Part shown: in pieces, positions 42,301-55,519 of the stretch
Layout of the letters: each line of letters begins with the position of its first letter
Position numbering within the stretch: the first letter of the stretch is position 1
Notes under the pieces: model-generated
Databases searched by the model: none
Told to the model about the DNA's origin: nothing
What the model saw: only the letters and a program-made list of their open reading frames with translations
Assembly: GCA_044892525.1 (NCBI GenBank)
Contig: CM097885.1
Coordinates: forward strand, 177,506,001 to 177,570,000
DNA from: Schmidtea polychroa
Taxonomy: Eukaryota
Reading direction: 5' to 3'
Length of the DNA: 64,000 nucleotides
Translations under genes and position numbers: made by a program

Positions 42301-44292
42301 CATCTCCTTCCACTGATCGTTCGCACTCGTCTCAAAAAGCAGCCATGTACCAAGAACTCTGGAACTTCCTTTGTTGACTAACTTCATAACACTGGTGTTT
42401 GAAGTGTCCATTCTTGTGACAATGGTTGCATTTGAAATTTAGGCATTCTGATTAATTGTCGATTCTCGCGTCTGTATGCGCTCTGTACTGGTTTTTGGAG
42501 GCTTTTGTTTGCGCACACAGACGCGGACAATTGTGAATGTGATTATTATTATTTTTGAGTTTTTTTTGGATCGAGTTGGAGTTGGTGAGTTTTTGATGGA
42601 TTTGAATGTTGCTTTTGATTGTTGTTTTTTATTTGAATTCCTGTCCTTTTGAAAATATGATTTAAATCGAATTTTGGGATTTTCTTCAATGAATTCAATT
42701 CATGAATCGAATGACTATGTTCTTCAATGCAACAGGGACGTTCACATATCTCAGGATGGTAAATGTGTGACGAGCAAGGATGGATTTATTGAAAGACTTG
42801 AATCTGATAACTCCATGGAAAATAATGATGATGCCTTGAATGTTTCTCATATTATTCGTCATGTTCCTGTTGGAAATACTACAAACGAAACTTTTTTATG
42901 ACCCTTTTTTATGACTCCAAGAGATCCTGATAACTTAAATAGTGCTTTTGGTCAACTAATATCAAATTTATTTGGTGGATTGCTGCCACAGGATTTTAGA
43001 TCCAATTCGTCAGATTACATATTTTCAGATCAAAGTTTTGACAAGTGTGTAACGAGTATTAAGAATCAATTTGAACAAAGTGGTCCTCCACTAGCAAATG
43101 AGGCAGATATTGAGAAATTACAAGTCAAGAAAATCACCGCAGCTAATGATACAGGTTTCATTTGTATGTCAGATTATGAGGTGGCCGATGAAGTGTACGA
43201 GTTGCTCCGTCGAGAAACGCGGACGATTATACTAAGAACCAATCTTCAAAGGACGATTAAACACATTCTGATATTAGATTACTTTCTTCTATACAAGCCC
43301 AACATCTTCGCATACGAATATCTTGGTTTGGATAAACATTTCTTCTAATCGATCCGTTAAAATGTCTCACGGGCCACTGCTCTCTTTCTCGAAATTGTCC
43401 TTGATTTCTGGTCTTTTTCCGCTCATTTCAATTTCCTGATCTTCGAGCATTTGTTTCCGGTCGTCCCACATTCCGACTTTGTTCAATTCTTTCATTCCTT
43501 TGACGATGATATGATTTTCTTTGGTTCCATGTTTGTCCTTCATTAAAAATCGCTACTTTAGCATAATTTTTCTTTAGATGTTGTATCGAAACAATGTTTT
43601 CGATTTCAATTTCTTTTTTAATATCATCATATTTTGACCAATCGATTTTTATTTCTTTGAATGTTTTTAGTCCTTGTAATTTTAAATCTTTCTTGATTTC
43701 TCTTTCGTCGAGAGCATTTTGGATTAAAAATATTTTCATATCTTCTTCTGTCAGATTGTGCCTGACTAAATTCTTTGTTAGCTTCTCTATTTTTTTAAAA
43801 AAATCATTAATTGTCTCTCCTCCTCTTCGAAATGATAAGGCTTTGTTGAGATCATTTGACAAGTTAGATGGCTTCATAAAGGCATCGTGGATTCTTTTCT
43901 TGTAGTGAATTTAAGGATCCATTTCCACGAACTTTCACGTTGCTTCCATTGATAGAAACGCTTTGATAAAAACTCCATTGTGTTCTTCGGCTGTCGATAA
44001 ATATTTCTATGTCATCGCCGATTTCGAATGTTTCTGGTGGTCTAATAAACTACAGCATAGGCGTGGCCGCCATGTTAGGATTCATTTTTAATTTTAATAA
44101 ATTCAAAGTCGTGAATTATTATATATTATTTAAACAACGTATTTTCTTAATTCATTTCTGGGGAATTAATTCAAATCCAAATAATATTTCGAACAATTTC
44201 AACATTCAATTTTAACTTACTACAACATTCAAATAATAAAATATAAATGCTATAAATATATATTATTATTTCAACTTTATAATGCTATTACG
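39350..44292 (-). mobile_element. Decayed Ty3/Gypsy element (5' LTR, PBS, gag, PR, RT, RH, IN; 3' end truncated)
   Basis: LTR edge TGTTAGG at 44073 with PBS-like TGGCGGCCACG; gag knuckles CWAC and CNHCHKNGHFKHQC; MLDTGAK; CLDFRALN; IDASFD; IFVDFCG; multiple stops and frameshifts. Confidence 0.9.
42689..43198 (+). pseudogene. Intronless RNF115/RNF126-like fragment embedded antisense in the Gypsy gag
   Basis: N-terminal ribbon remnant QCNRDV..KCVTSKDGFIERL; DYIFSDQSFDKCVTSIKNQFEQSGPPLANEADIEKL matches DYAWG..[26 protein letters not shown]; truncated at the RING start; in-frame TGA at 42899. Confidence 0.75.
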
Positions 44293-44344
44293 TGTGTAAG
44301 TAGGTATATGTGATTTAAATATAAAAACTTTATAAGAAATTGCG

Positions 44345-45130
44345 GTGGTGGTATGGAGGTTGAATGCATGAAGAGGATCATGCAGCGTCCTATGCATACA
44401 AGATAATGTGCAATACACAAAATATTTAGGTGACTGAGATTCTAAAGCTTTTATGGCCATGAAGGTCTCAAATGTTTACGGTGAAGTCCTTATAGAGAAG
44501 CTTGAATGTGTTAGCAATGTTCAAAAAAGAATGAGAGGGAATTCTGAGGTGTCTGAAGGTCAGTCTACAACGACGCTGTCCGATGGACAACCCCTCTCAA
44601 GAAAAGGTCAGGTTAAAAAATAAGTTCCAGTCATATTGCCACTAGGAATAATCTGCATAGCGTGGAGAGTATACAGAATCTAGTATGGGCTATCTACTTG
44701 TACACATTTTCAGCAATTAATATCCTTCTCATCACCTGTGACCAGCTGGCGAGGACACCTAGTGCAGGTACAATATGGCTTTAGCAAAAAGTCATTTTGC
44801 TAGTAGTACGTTATGTAGTCAAACCCAAATTCAGTGAACTGGCTTCCAAGGACCTTCTTCTATGGTGTCTGTATGGAGGAACGCAGAACTATAACGAAAG
44901 CTTTAATAGAAAAGTAGAATTTTCTGCACAAAAACAATTTTGTGGACTTTACTACTCTCAAAATGGGAATATATGAAGCAGTACTATATTTCACTGCGAG
45001 TTTCATGGATATGTCACAGTACTCACAAAATTTGGAGTGCAGCCACAACTCGGATGTTCCAGGTTGGATGGTGCCAACATCGCGAAGTCAAAGTCAATCT
45101 ACCAGCAACTCATAATGGCAACAGAGTATG
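44345..45130 (+). pseudogene. Mutator-like / Kolobok-type DDE transposase remnant
   Basis: YTKYLGD*DSKAF, IEKLECVSNVQKRM, TLSDGQPL, VWAIY, CLYGGTQNYNESFN; many stops. Confidence 0.75.
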
Positions 45131-45479
45131 TTGATGAGGATTGTGAACATGAATGTGGTGGATTTTGAAAAATGTTCTTTATCTCAAAACTATAGGTTTG
45201 CTAACAATTATTGTCTTCTGTAAATTACCCAGGAATTGTGTATTACCCTATAAGTTGTTAAGATTATTATTGATAAATATTTGTGCGTTTTGATACATAT
45301 TTTAGGAAAAAGTATCTACTTTCTCAAAAATATGATAAAATAATTTCTGCGAACTGTAAACACAAATATAATAGTTTGCTCTATATAGGATGGCCTAGTG
45401 TATACCTGTGCAAAATGTCGTATCGATTAGTCATTCCGCTTGTCTCCTTTAATTTATTAAAAATCTCACTATATTATTA

Positions 45480-45980
45480 TTAATGGCAAAAAAATAAAAA
45501 AATTTGCTACTGATATAGAAAAATTGATAGTTGAATTTAATAAACAGTTTTTAAAATTGTTTAGTTTAAAGCGCGATATCGAACTATTTTCGAATCCGTT
45601 TTCAGTAGAAATAAATTCAGTTGACGTAAAAATTCAGCAGAATTGTTAGAACTGCAAAATGATTTGTCAGCTAAGCAGACTTTTTCAGATAATAGAAGAA
45701 ATTTCCTAAAAATTTACTTAACTGAAACTAATTATCCAAATATAAGAAATACTTTTAAAAAATAATTTCTTAATATACAAAATATTCTTACAGAAGCAGA
45801 TTAACTGATAAAAATTTAGGAAATGAATTAAGAATTTCAAATACGCGATTAGATTATAATGTAAAAGAATTAATTTAAATAAAAAAATTCAACTAAAAAT
45901 TGTGTTTTTATTCTGCGGCCAGTATTTTTATTTTTTCGTAAAATTTTGGCCATTCATTCCATGATCTTTGGGCAGCCCTG
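45480..45980 (+). mobile_element. hAT (Buster/Charlie-like) 3' fragment with right TIR
   Basis: DIELFSNPFSV..ELQND..NYPNIR remnant; terminus TTTGGGCAGCCCTG followed by TCGTAAAA. Confidence 0.6.
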
Positions 45981-48182
45981 TCGTAAAACATATGTTTCAG
46001 TGAGACTTATAACCATTAAATCATTGTTATGTCTATTTTATTATGAATTTTTATAAATTAACTTTTAATTGTTGGTTTTCGTATTTACATAGTACTTTTT
46101 ATGACACTGTCGCAATGATACCTTCATTTTTTAATGCAGAATATTTAATTTGGTTTATAACTTTAATTAGTCGATAAAAATGTTGCACAAAACTTTTGTG
46201 GAAAGTAATTAAAAGTCTAAATTTTATTAAATTCAAAAAATCATTTAAAGTGTAAATCATTTTAAATGTAAAAAGTAAAAAAAATATTTCTCGGGTGGAA
46301 AAGGTATGAGCGGTTAACAAATAAAAAATAAGTACGATCAAAATATTTTTAAATCAAAGGGGCCTCTAGGCAACGTAATTTAAAAAAAATTATCAGTGGG
46401 GAAAACCAATTACCTGGGTTACCAGGCATGAATGCAGTTTGTTAACAATAAATAATGTAAATCAAATTATTATATCCTTTTGAAAGTTTAAAATTAAATT
46501 AACCCTATTTTCTACTAGGAAATCGTCTTTTTTTGACAATCTTTGCCTCATGGGCTTTTCCATATTTTCTCATGCGAAAGAAATAATTAATTGTCCCACA
46601 GTGCGTCTCCCCTGTGAATGTCTTTTACTGTTTTCTCAATACTCATGTTGTTATGATAATGGTTTTCCAAAATCAACTTTGTTTACTTGGGTTTTCCTTA
46701 ATTAATTAATTAACAATTTTCTGTTTTTAATACCTTTTCTGGCATTTCGATCCTTTCTGAACATATTCTGATGAATCCATTCTTACCATGATCTTCCCCG
46801 TCATCTCATCTGCATATGAGCCGTTTTTAAAATTTTAATTTAATGATTTGTTGATTTTTTATGATTTCGAATTTTCCGACATTTCATTTTAATTATATGG
46901 AGATTATAACCATTTAAAATAATTTAAAATTTAACAACCCCAACAGAGTTGATAAATTCCTACGTGTTTTTTCCGATCAGATTCGTAAATCATTTGGGGC
47001 GGTTCCCCTAGAGTCATGCGCCCCGATAAAAAACTATAAAGAAGGATTGGGGTTGAAATTGTATCTATTGCTAATTGAGAAATTACACGAGTTGGTAAAC
47101 TTTTGAAAATAAAACAATAGATTTTATCGTTTAAATAAGGAATTTATTGTCTGTGAAAATTATATTTAATGACCCAACGAAAATTACAAAAAAACCATAA
47201 ATATTGGAGAAAATATATATTTATCATTTCTTTAATTTCGTTACATAATGAATATTATGATATTAGATTTTAAAAATATCTTTCTAAGTTTAAAAATGTA
47301 AGATTTAAAAATAAATATCAACGTCAATGCCGCTATTGAATTTCAAAACATTCTTAAATTCATTTTATTTCTTATGGAATACTCCGAATTTTATGACGTA
47401 ATCACAGATCACTCATTCAAACAATAAATTATTTTTGTACTGATTCATATTTGAATAATACGACTTAGAATTTGCTGTTCAATAGGAAGCACCATTTTAA
47501 ATTCTTTTAGAGATTTCGTGGTACACGGAAATAAACAATTTACAGAAATTAATATTAAATTGTTTTGGTATTTTTAATAAATGTTCTATAGAACTATCTG
47601 TTTTAAGTTCTATTTTAATGGAAACCAAAAGTGAACTTTGATTGTTTAACATGATTCTCTTAAAATAAAATACATTTTGAAAAGCTATAATTAGTTCAAA
47701 ATTTGAAATAATATAAATAATTTTATGAATTTATTCGGCTGTGGATTTATTTAGATTTATTCTCATGAAATCCATGGCAAATACAATGAAATCTTAATAT
47801 CTCAATAGTAGATGAATAGGGGCCCGCAAACTCATATAGCCCCCTGTTGAGAGTCCCCTAAAATGCCTGGTATTTTTATTTAGGTCAACTCAACATTTAT
47901 GAATTTTTTAAAATTTTCAATGTTTTTTCACAAAATTTCACAAAATTTCTCAGAATTTTTATTTAAATCAACTCAAATTATGTAGGTTAAATCGACTTTA
48001 AAAGTAAGGGCCCACTAACTCAAAGTAGGTCAAACACACACACACACACTATATAGTTTCAGTAAATAGTCTATCGTTTGTCATCGTTATTACTAAATGA
48101 TATTTCATTGTTTTTAATAGGAAATACCTGATGATTGCGCGTCCCTATTCTCTTTTGTGGCACTGAAAAATTTCATTATTAT

Positions 48183-48475
48183 TGTTAGACGCAATTAAAT
48201 TCAAGTCTTCTTCAAGCATTTATTTTTATAACAACTTCAAAATTGTGCCGTTTACTAGAGTATTTAAACACCAAGGCGTGATAATTATTAATATTTATGT
48301 AATTATTGGTCATACATTTAATTGATTTAATTTAATATAATTTAATATAATATGATATAATTTAATATAGAATTTAAATATAAAAATTTAACAGAAATAA
48401 TTATTTCTACTAACTGATCTCACTTCTACCATTTAACCATAATAATTTTATATAGAGATTTACTAACTCCTTACA
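48183..48475 (-). repeat. 3' LTR (293 bp)
   Basis: Direct repeat of 51684-51977; preceded on the minus strand by a polypurine tract. Confidence 0.96.
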
Positions 48476-50655
48476 TCCCTCTTCTTTAAAATGCTTTAAC
48501 TTTTCTATATTCCTCGTTACTTTTCTCCCGTTTTCGTCTGTTAATAAGTAACTCCTTACATGATTTCGTTTTATTACTGTGTATGGTCTTTCATATCTCT
48601 CGTGATCTTTGTTTCCAATTTCTTGTTTCACCAATACTTTGTCCCCCACTTCTAAGTTCCTAGTTGTGCCAATTTCTTTCGTTTGCTGTCTTTTAGCCTC
48701 TAATTTCCGCATGATTTCATTTCTGTCCACTTCATTATTACTAAGCCATTGCGATCTATTAATCTTTCTTCCAAATATAATTTCTGCTGGACTCACTCCA
48801 GTAGTTTTTTGAGCTGTCGCATTTAAAACGTATTCTATATCAGGTATTAATTCTGCCCAGCTTTTTTTAACTCCTTCTCTGAGTGACACGTTAATATAGT
48901 CTCTTACAGTACGAAATTGTCTTTCCATATGCAATAACGTGTTCATGCCCCATTTCATCTCTTTTTGACAATACAGCTCCAATTGTTTCAAAGCTTGCGT
49001 CTGTATCTAATATGAATTATTTCTTGAAATCTGGAAATACGAGAATTGGCGCTGTAGTCAACGCCATTTTCATTTCTTCGAAAGCTTTCTCACATTCCTC
49101 AGTCCAGATTATTTTTTCACTATTGCTTCCACATATGCTTCCTAGCGCTCTTGATTTTCATTGCATATTCCTTAATAAATCTCCGATAATAGTTACATAT
49201 ACCTAAAATGCTTCTCAAATTCTTTATACACTTAGGCCTCTGAAATGATTTAATAGCCTCAATTTTACTTTGATCTGTCCGAATCCCCTGACTGTTAATA
49301 ATGTGCCCTAAAATCTTTACTTCGCTCTTTAATAACTGACATTTTTCTGGGTTGATTCTCAATTTAGCTTCCCTTATTTTCTCTAGAACTTTTCCAAACA
49401 CATTGTAATGTTCTTCAATTGTTCTTGTAAAAATTAAAATATCGTCTAAATACACCATAACTCCTTCTTTCCATAGATCTTTCAATATTTTTGTCATTAA
49501 TTCTTGGAATGTACCCGGTGCCGCCGCAATGCCAAAAGGCATTCTATTAAAACAAAATTGCCCTTCTTTAGTAGAAAATGCTGTCTTTTCTTGTGATTCT
49601 ATGTCCTATTTCACTTGATAATAAGCGTTCCCAAGGTCTATAGAACTAAAGTACTTAGATCCATGTAATGTATCTAGAATTTCTTCTACATTCGGCATAG
49701 GAAAAGCTTGTCTTTCAATAATCTTATTAAGCTGTCTAAAATATAAACAAAGTCCGATATCTTTTTTTGTCTTTTTTCCACACGCATACTAACGGCGTAT
49801 TCCAAGGTGAATTACATTTTCTTATGATATCATTATTTTCTAAATTTTTTATAGCAGCATTTATTTTCTCCTCATCTCTCGTTATCTGTAATCTTTTCCC
49901 CAAATCTAGCTTCTATTTCAGACAAAAATTCATTGTATCCTTCCTCATTTTGCTTGATGTAGTTTAATTCAATTCCAAACTCTTTCTGCAATTCCACTCC
50001 GCCTATTATATCTGGAACAATATTTTTAACTATTATAAATGTTATTTTTCTTTCCATATTACCAATTCTAACGTCAATATATATTTTTCCGATTGTCTCT
50101 AATTTACTATCATTTGCACATCTTAACATCTCATCTGTTTTTATGATTTTCACATTCACTAATTTGTCCACAACTGCTTCTGCCATTAAATTTACTCTTG
50201 CTCCTGTATCTAGTAAGCATTCCATTCTATAGCCCTGAATTTCAAGAGTTGTACTCGGTCTACCTTGCATTTTGTCATAACTCAATTTCGGTCGTTTCCA
50301 TTCATTTTTAGTGAAAATATTTTGCTCCTCTGATATGTCATTAATCCATCTAATTTTCTTTCTCTCTAATTTATCTTCTGCCTTTTTAATAAATTTATAA
50401 ACTTTTTCATTTACTATTTTATTATTATATTCTGCTTCTTTAATTTCATTATCTTCTTGATTCTTAGGATTCTTATTATTATTTATTAAAGATCGATCAG
50501 CATTAAAATAACTATAACATTTAAAATTATTTAAAGGAAACTTTTTAAAATTACAAATTTTATTACATAAAGGTTCTACATTATTATATATATATAAGGA
50601 TTATTTACATTATTAAAAGTATTATGACCAATATTTACATCAATATCAAAATTAC

Positions 50656-51684
50656 CTAGTATATTGCTCCGATCATTGCCTCCCGTGTCGAAACATGTAC
50701 TTTTGGGTGCTGAATATCCTCATATTTGTCTTCTGCATCATTTGAATACTCAAGTGGCATCGTCTCATCATTAGGTTCAATTGTTGCAATTGTTCTTCCT
50801 GGATCGTTGATCTTTTGTTGATAGCTTGTGGTTCGATGGGCATAATAATTATTGTTTCTCATGTTTGAATTAGTTTGAAACTTCCTTCTTTCCAATTTTT
50901 TATAGCAGTCAATCTCCTTGTGTCCATGTAAGTGACATCTCTGGCATTGAATCGTTGAACATTCTCGCCGTACGTGGCCTTCAACTCCGCATGCAAAACA
51001 CGTCATTTTCTTTTTCATTTGGCATTCTCGACTAACATGACCAGTTTTCTTGCATGTCCAGCATTCCAATTGTCGGTTACTAACGTTTCGCTGCTTGAAA
51101 TTATTATTTCCGTTTACCATTCCTCTTTGAGCGTCATCTCTGTAGCTTCTGTAGTTTTGAACAACCGGTGAAGTCTTCACAACATTAATATGGCCCATAA
51201 TTTTGTTTACCTTTTCTAATTTCTTTATTGTCGCTTTTATTTCTTCTGCTGTTTTCAAATCTTTCATCTCGATCTCTTTTTTAACTTCTCGATCTCTTAC
51301 ACAGTTTGTAAGCAGGCATTTTTCTAATTCTTCTTCATCCCATTTGTGCGATATTAATTTCTTTGTCATCTTTTTAATTTTCTCTATAAAAGTTTCGGCT
51401 GAATCTGATCCTTGTTCATAACTCAAAGCTTCTTTTAGATCATCCATTAATGATGTCGGTTTCGAAAATGCACATCGAAGTTTCTCTTCCATAGTTTTTC
51501 CTTCGGCTTCTTCATAATCTTCCATTAGCGATCTGTCAAGTAATGTTGTAGTTAATATTACTTGCATCCTAATTGTTGTTTTTGTTGCGCCAAAAAACCT
51601 TTGACAATCCTTGATAAAATTTTCTTTGTGAAATTTCTCAGGTAATAGTCTGCTTACCAATAAATCCGTGGTCGTGGTCGCCAT
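50656..51684 (-). CDS. Intact gag of the small Gypsy element
   Basis: MATTTTDL..PEKF; knuckles CWTCKKTGHVSREC, CFACGVEGHVRREC, CQRCHLHGHKEIDC. Confidence 0.9.
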   Translation of the reverse strand: MATTTTDLLVSRLLPEKFHKENFIKDCQRFFGATKTTIRMQVILTTTLLDRSLMEDYEEAEGKTMEEKLRCAFSKPTSLMDDLKEALSYEQGSDSAETFIEKIKKMTKKLISHKWDEEELEKCLLTNCVRDREVKKEIEMKDLKTAEEIKATIKKLEKVNKIMGHINVVKTSPVVQNYRSYRDDAQRGMVNGNNNFKQRNVSNRQLECWTCKKTGHVSRECQMKKKMTCFACGVEGHVRRECSTIQCQRCHLHGHKEIDCYKKLERRKFQTNSNMRNNNYYAHRTTSYQQKINDPGRTIATIEPNDETMPLEYSNDAEDKYEDIQHPKVHVSTREAMIGAIY

Positions 51685-51977
51685 GTTAGACGCAATTAAA
51701 TTCAAATCTTCTTCAAGCATTTATTTTTATAACAACTTCAAAATTGTGCCGTTTACTAGAGTATTTAAACACCGAGGCGTGATAATTATTAATATTAATG
51801 TAATTACCGGTCATACATTTAATTGATTTAATTTAATATAATTTAATATAATATATGATATAATTTAATATAGAATTTAAATATAAAAATTTAACAGAAA
51901 TAATTATTTCTACTAACTGATCTCACTTCTACCATTTAACCATAATAATTTATATAGAGATTTACTAAATCCTTACA
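51684..51977 (-). repeat. 5' LTR (294 bp)
   Basis: Direct repeat of 48183-48475; adjacent PBS at 51673-51683. Confidence 0.96.
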
Positions 51978-52248
51978 ATTATCATAACAGTCTAAATATG
52001 ACTGGTGTCCAATTTCGGTCCCTTGTAATTTAACACTTTTCGCTCTCATAGTGTGCTTGTTTCCGAACAAACTATAACACTTAAGAAAACCCATTCATTG
52101 TTCCCAAGATCTTTACTCTGATCCTTAAACTTTTCACACTGTCAAGGTTTTTTTTTCTTTCAAAATCTTTCAAAGATTCATGCAAACTCAAGAATATCTA
52201 TATCAACTTCTATAGTGTAATCACGTGGAAGGATTTCAATATCTAAGT

Positions 52249-52787
52249 CAGTGCTCTTCAACCTTTCGCAGTCGTCGGAACCCTTCCAAAAACTTTCGCA
52301 GTCGTCGGAACCCTTCCAATAAAAATTTCCCCATGTATATGTGGGCATGTATATATGTATTCAATTGGGGTTGTCGATGTGGTAATTTAATTTATACACG
52401 TCAAATTTCACATACGTATCACAAAACCAAGGTAACTCCCGCATCCTATGATTATAAATTTATTTTTAGAAACTATATTCAAATTTCAAAGGATTATATA
52501 TTGAAATTTAAAGAAAAAATCGAATTATTCTCAAATATTTTTGATAATTTATACTTTTCTTACATTTTTAGTAAATAAAAAAAATTTCAATGTCATTGTA
52601 GCATTTCATAAATTTTCAAGGCGTAAAATTTTACAACAGAAAATTTTCAATGTATAAAATATAAATTATTATATGTTTATTTATATTGAAAACTTTTTTT
52701 ATAAGAAATCATAAAATTTGTTCGCGGAACCCATAATATTTTATACGGAACCCAAGGGTTCCGCGGAACCCAGGTTGAAGAACACTG
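52249..52787. mobile_element. hAT (Buster-type) MITE
   Basis: TIR CAGTGCTCTTCAACC / GGTTGAAGAACACTG (14/15); 8-bp TSD ATCTAAGT. Confidence 0.92.
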
Positions 52788-53647
52788 ATCTAAGTAAATA
52801 AATTCACTCTAAACACCAACAAGATTGTCATACATCCAAGTAAAATTACTATACGGAAGATATTGGCTAAGAGTCCAACAATACAAATTATTGATGTCAA
52901 TCTACAAATGTTTCGTGTCATCACAACTTGCAACATAATGTTTATTAACAAATGTTAACCCATCCTCTATTCCTCCCTCATAGAAATTAAACATTTACAT
53001 ATCTTACAGAGGTTCTATGGGTTTCTGTAATATTGTGAGTATGAAAGCCCATGACATACCAGAGATTTCATAGAAATAAGGAGGTTATAAAGCAATTGAT
53101 TTGGCAGGGAATTGCTGAAATTAATCTGCAAGGAGGAATACGTCCAATTTTAAGTAGATTAACATGTTATCTAATATATTGTTACAATTTTGCTGGGCTC
53201 AAATTTCTTCAGCCTTAGCATATTCATCATCAAACACATCATCCAAAATTGGAGGATTCAAAAGTCGATTCAAGCACCTCAAGCGGTGTAGTGAAATCAT
53301 ACGGAAAAATACATTTTACTCTAATAATTGCACCATCCTAACAGCTTTTGGTAAAGATGAATTGATAAATTGCATGCTGTCAATAAAACAAACAGGCAAA
53401 TGTTAATTGGATGTTAACTAGTTGTTAGTAATAAATTTAAAGAAGGAAGTTAAATAGATCTTTTGTGAATAAATTTACTGCTTTCTATAATTGAATGTTA
53501 TGTCTTTCATTGTAATTTTGAAATATTTCAATTATTTTATTTAATTTTTCACTATTCATTTCAACGTGGTGTTGTATTATTTTAAAGTGACTGAGTTGAC
53601 AATTATTCTCATTTAAAACTTACCATTTTTGTTAAATTTAGACTATA

Positions 53648-54854
53648 CACCTAATTCTGTTTTTACGCGATAGATACGTTCCCCGAAAATACGCATAAAA
53701 AGAAATCGCGTAAAAAAAGATATGGTGTCCATATAAAAGTAGAGGATTGGTTCTTCATTTCCAAAATCAACTAAAATAATGTGATTAAAGTATACAAATT
53801 CATGGTTTTTACGTGTTTTATACACTTTTTATTTATTTAAATATATATTTATGAATAAAATAACGACAAACGAAAAAAATACTAATTTAACAAAAAAAAT
53901 TCATTATTTAACAAAAAAATCACAAAAAATTCATTTTAGTAAAACAAAAAGTGGCAAAATATATCATTAAACATATTTTTTAATTGCTGTCACTTCCTGA
54001 TGATATACGTATTCGTTTACGTGAGACTTGAACGCCACAATCACTGTCATCACTAGAAATATTTTCCACTTCATTTTCATGTTGAAGTGGTGTTGATGTT
54101 TTAGCGGTTCTAGTCAAAAATTCAGTAATCAATTGTTGTGGTCTGGGTTTGATAATGCTGTCATGTAATTCGCGATAATTTCCCATTAATAATTTCACGT
54201 CACGTTTAAATTTCCGAGATCTTTCCTCAATAGGATCATGCTTGCCAAAATGATCGCTTAATTTAGCTGCTAGTTGAAGTCCTTCTTTAATTACATTTGC
54301 GGTGAGGGTAGGAACCTCTACATCGTCATCTTCGCTAATTTCTTGCACATCGGGTGTCTCAAGCGCAAAAGCAATGATTTCATCACTGCTAAGTATCGTA
54401 TCCACTAATAGTTCTTCTATATCTGCAGACGATAGATCATCAAAACCTTCTCCGCCTACTTCATGAGCTAAGGCTATGATATTGCTAAACTCAACTGCAT
54501 TAGAAGGTATCGGATCTTTATTTTTGATGCATTCCGGCCAAAGGGACTTCCAACATGCGTTTAAAGTTGATGGTTTTAGTTCGGATAGCGCTAATCCAGC
54601 ATGTTTGATGCAGTCATTAATAGAAAATTTCTTCCACGCGTCCATAACTTTTAAATTGTCATCATTCATTAATTGATCTAAAACAGAGGTTTCAAACTCA
54701 AACTGGCCTGCGGGCCGCATTAGACTAGTATTATGAGCCGGCGGGCCGCAACATAAATAATTGTTTTTCAGAACATGTGGAGTCTGAAACTCCGACGTTA
54801 ATATTTATTTAATTAAAAACTCAACAAAACTAAAAAATATTTTTTTATTATTAA

Positions 54855-54916
<62 letters not shown>

Positions 54917-55248
54917 TGTATTACATCATATGTATAAATAAAAATAATTAAAAAGATAAGTTTTAATTTATACAGCCAATTATGATTTTAATTGTTAAAT
55001 AAGTTTGGTTAAATTACAAATCTATGTCTTTTCGTTGCGGGCCGCGTCTTTGAGACCCCTGATCTAAAATATACCGGAATGTTTGCTTAACATAATAGGT
55101 TTTAAAGGTTGCTATAATTCCTTGATCCAGTGGTTGTATCAACGAAGAAGAATTATGTACATACATGTACATACATGTTTTTTCTTGTTAAAAAATGAAT
55201 TTTTTTTTAATCGCGTAAAAAAAGTTCGCGTAAAAACAGAATTAGTTG
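53648..55248 (-). mobile_element. Tigger/pogo internal-deletion derivative retaining the transposase C-terminus
   Basis: 23-bp TIR CACCTAATTCTGTTTTTACGCGA (22/23), TA flanks; LIQPLDQGIIATFKTYY continues into ILDQLMNDD..LNACWKSLWPEC once the nested MITE is removed. Confidence 0.92.
54684..55061. mobile_element. hAT MITE nested in the Tigger transposase; contains an (AAT)n microsatellite
   Basis: Ends CAGAGGTTTCAAAC / CTTTGAGACCCCTG; 8-bp TSD ATCTAAAA. Confidence 0.92.
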
Positions 55249-55519
55249 TACATTTTATTTAATCAAACAAAGTTTTGCTAACTACTGATTGCAATTTATT
55301 TAAAAGGAATTTTGAATTCTAACACAAATAAAAATTATTTATTCATTTAAAAAAACATTTGATAAAATACACTGAAGAAATAACATTTTTAGTTGGCTAA
55401 TTTGTTATTGTATTATTATTTGTATTACAACTATTTACTAAAATATACAGTACAACTAGTAATTTTGTCAAAAATAAAACAAATAATGGCACAAGGAACA
55501 ATAATGCCAAATAAACTAA

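Larger units (their letters stand above)
48183..51977 (-). mobile_element. Ty3/Gypsy element with both LTRs, internally deleted (most of RNase H and the integrase N-terminus/core missing)
   Basis: LTRs 48183-48475 and 51684-51977 (TG..CA; 6 substitutions and 2 indels by my count); TSD ATTAT on both sides; PBS TGGCGACCACG; PPT AAAGAAGAGGGA; RH joins IN near 48926. Confidence 0.96.

Noticed and set aside
42911-43348. 145-aa ORF as an intact gene
   Set aside because: Chimeric: the N-terminal part is RNF126-like and the C-terminal part is antisense Gypsy gag.
50640-50660. Splice-donor-like GT next to the gag stop in both small Gypsy elements as a gag-pol joining mechanism
   Set aside because: The donors lie after the stop codon, so splicing would not remove it.
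54684-54720. Start of ORF 53980-54720 as the transposase N-terminus
   Set aside because: MRPAGQFEFETS derives from the inserted hAT MITE.
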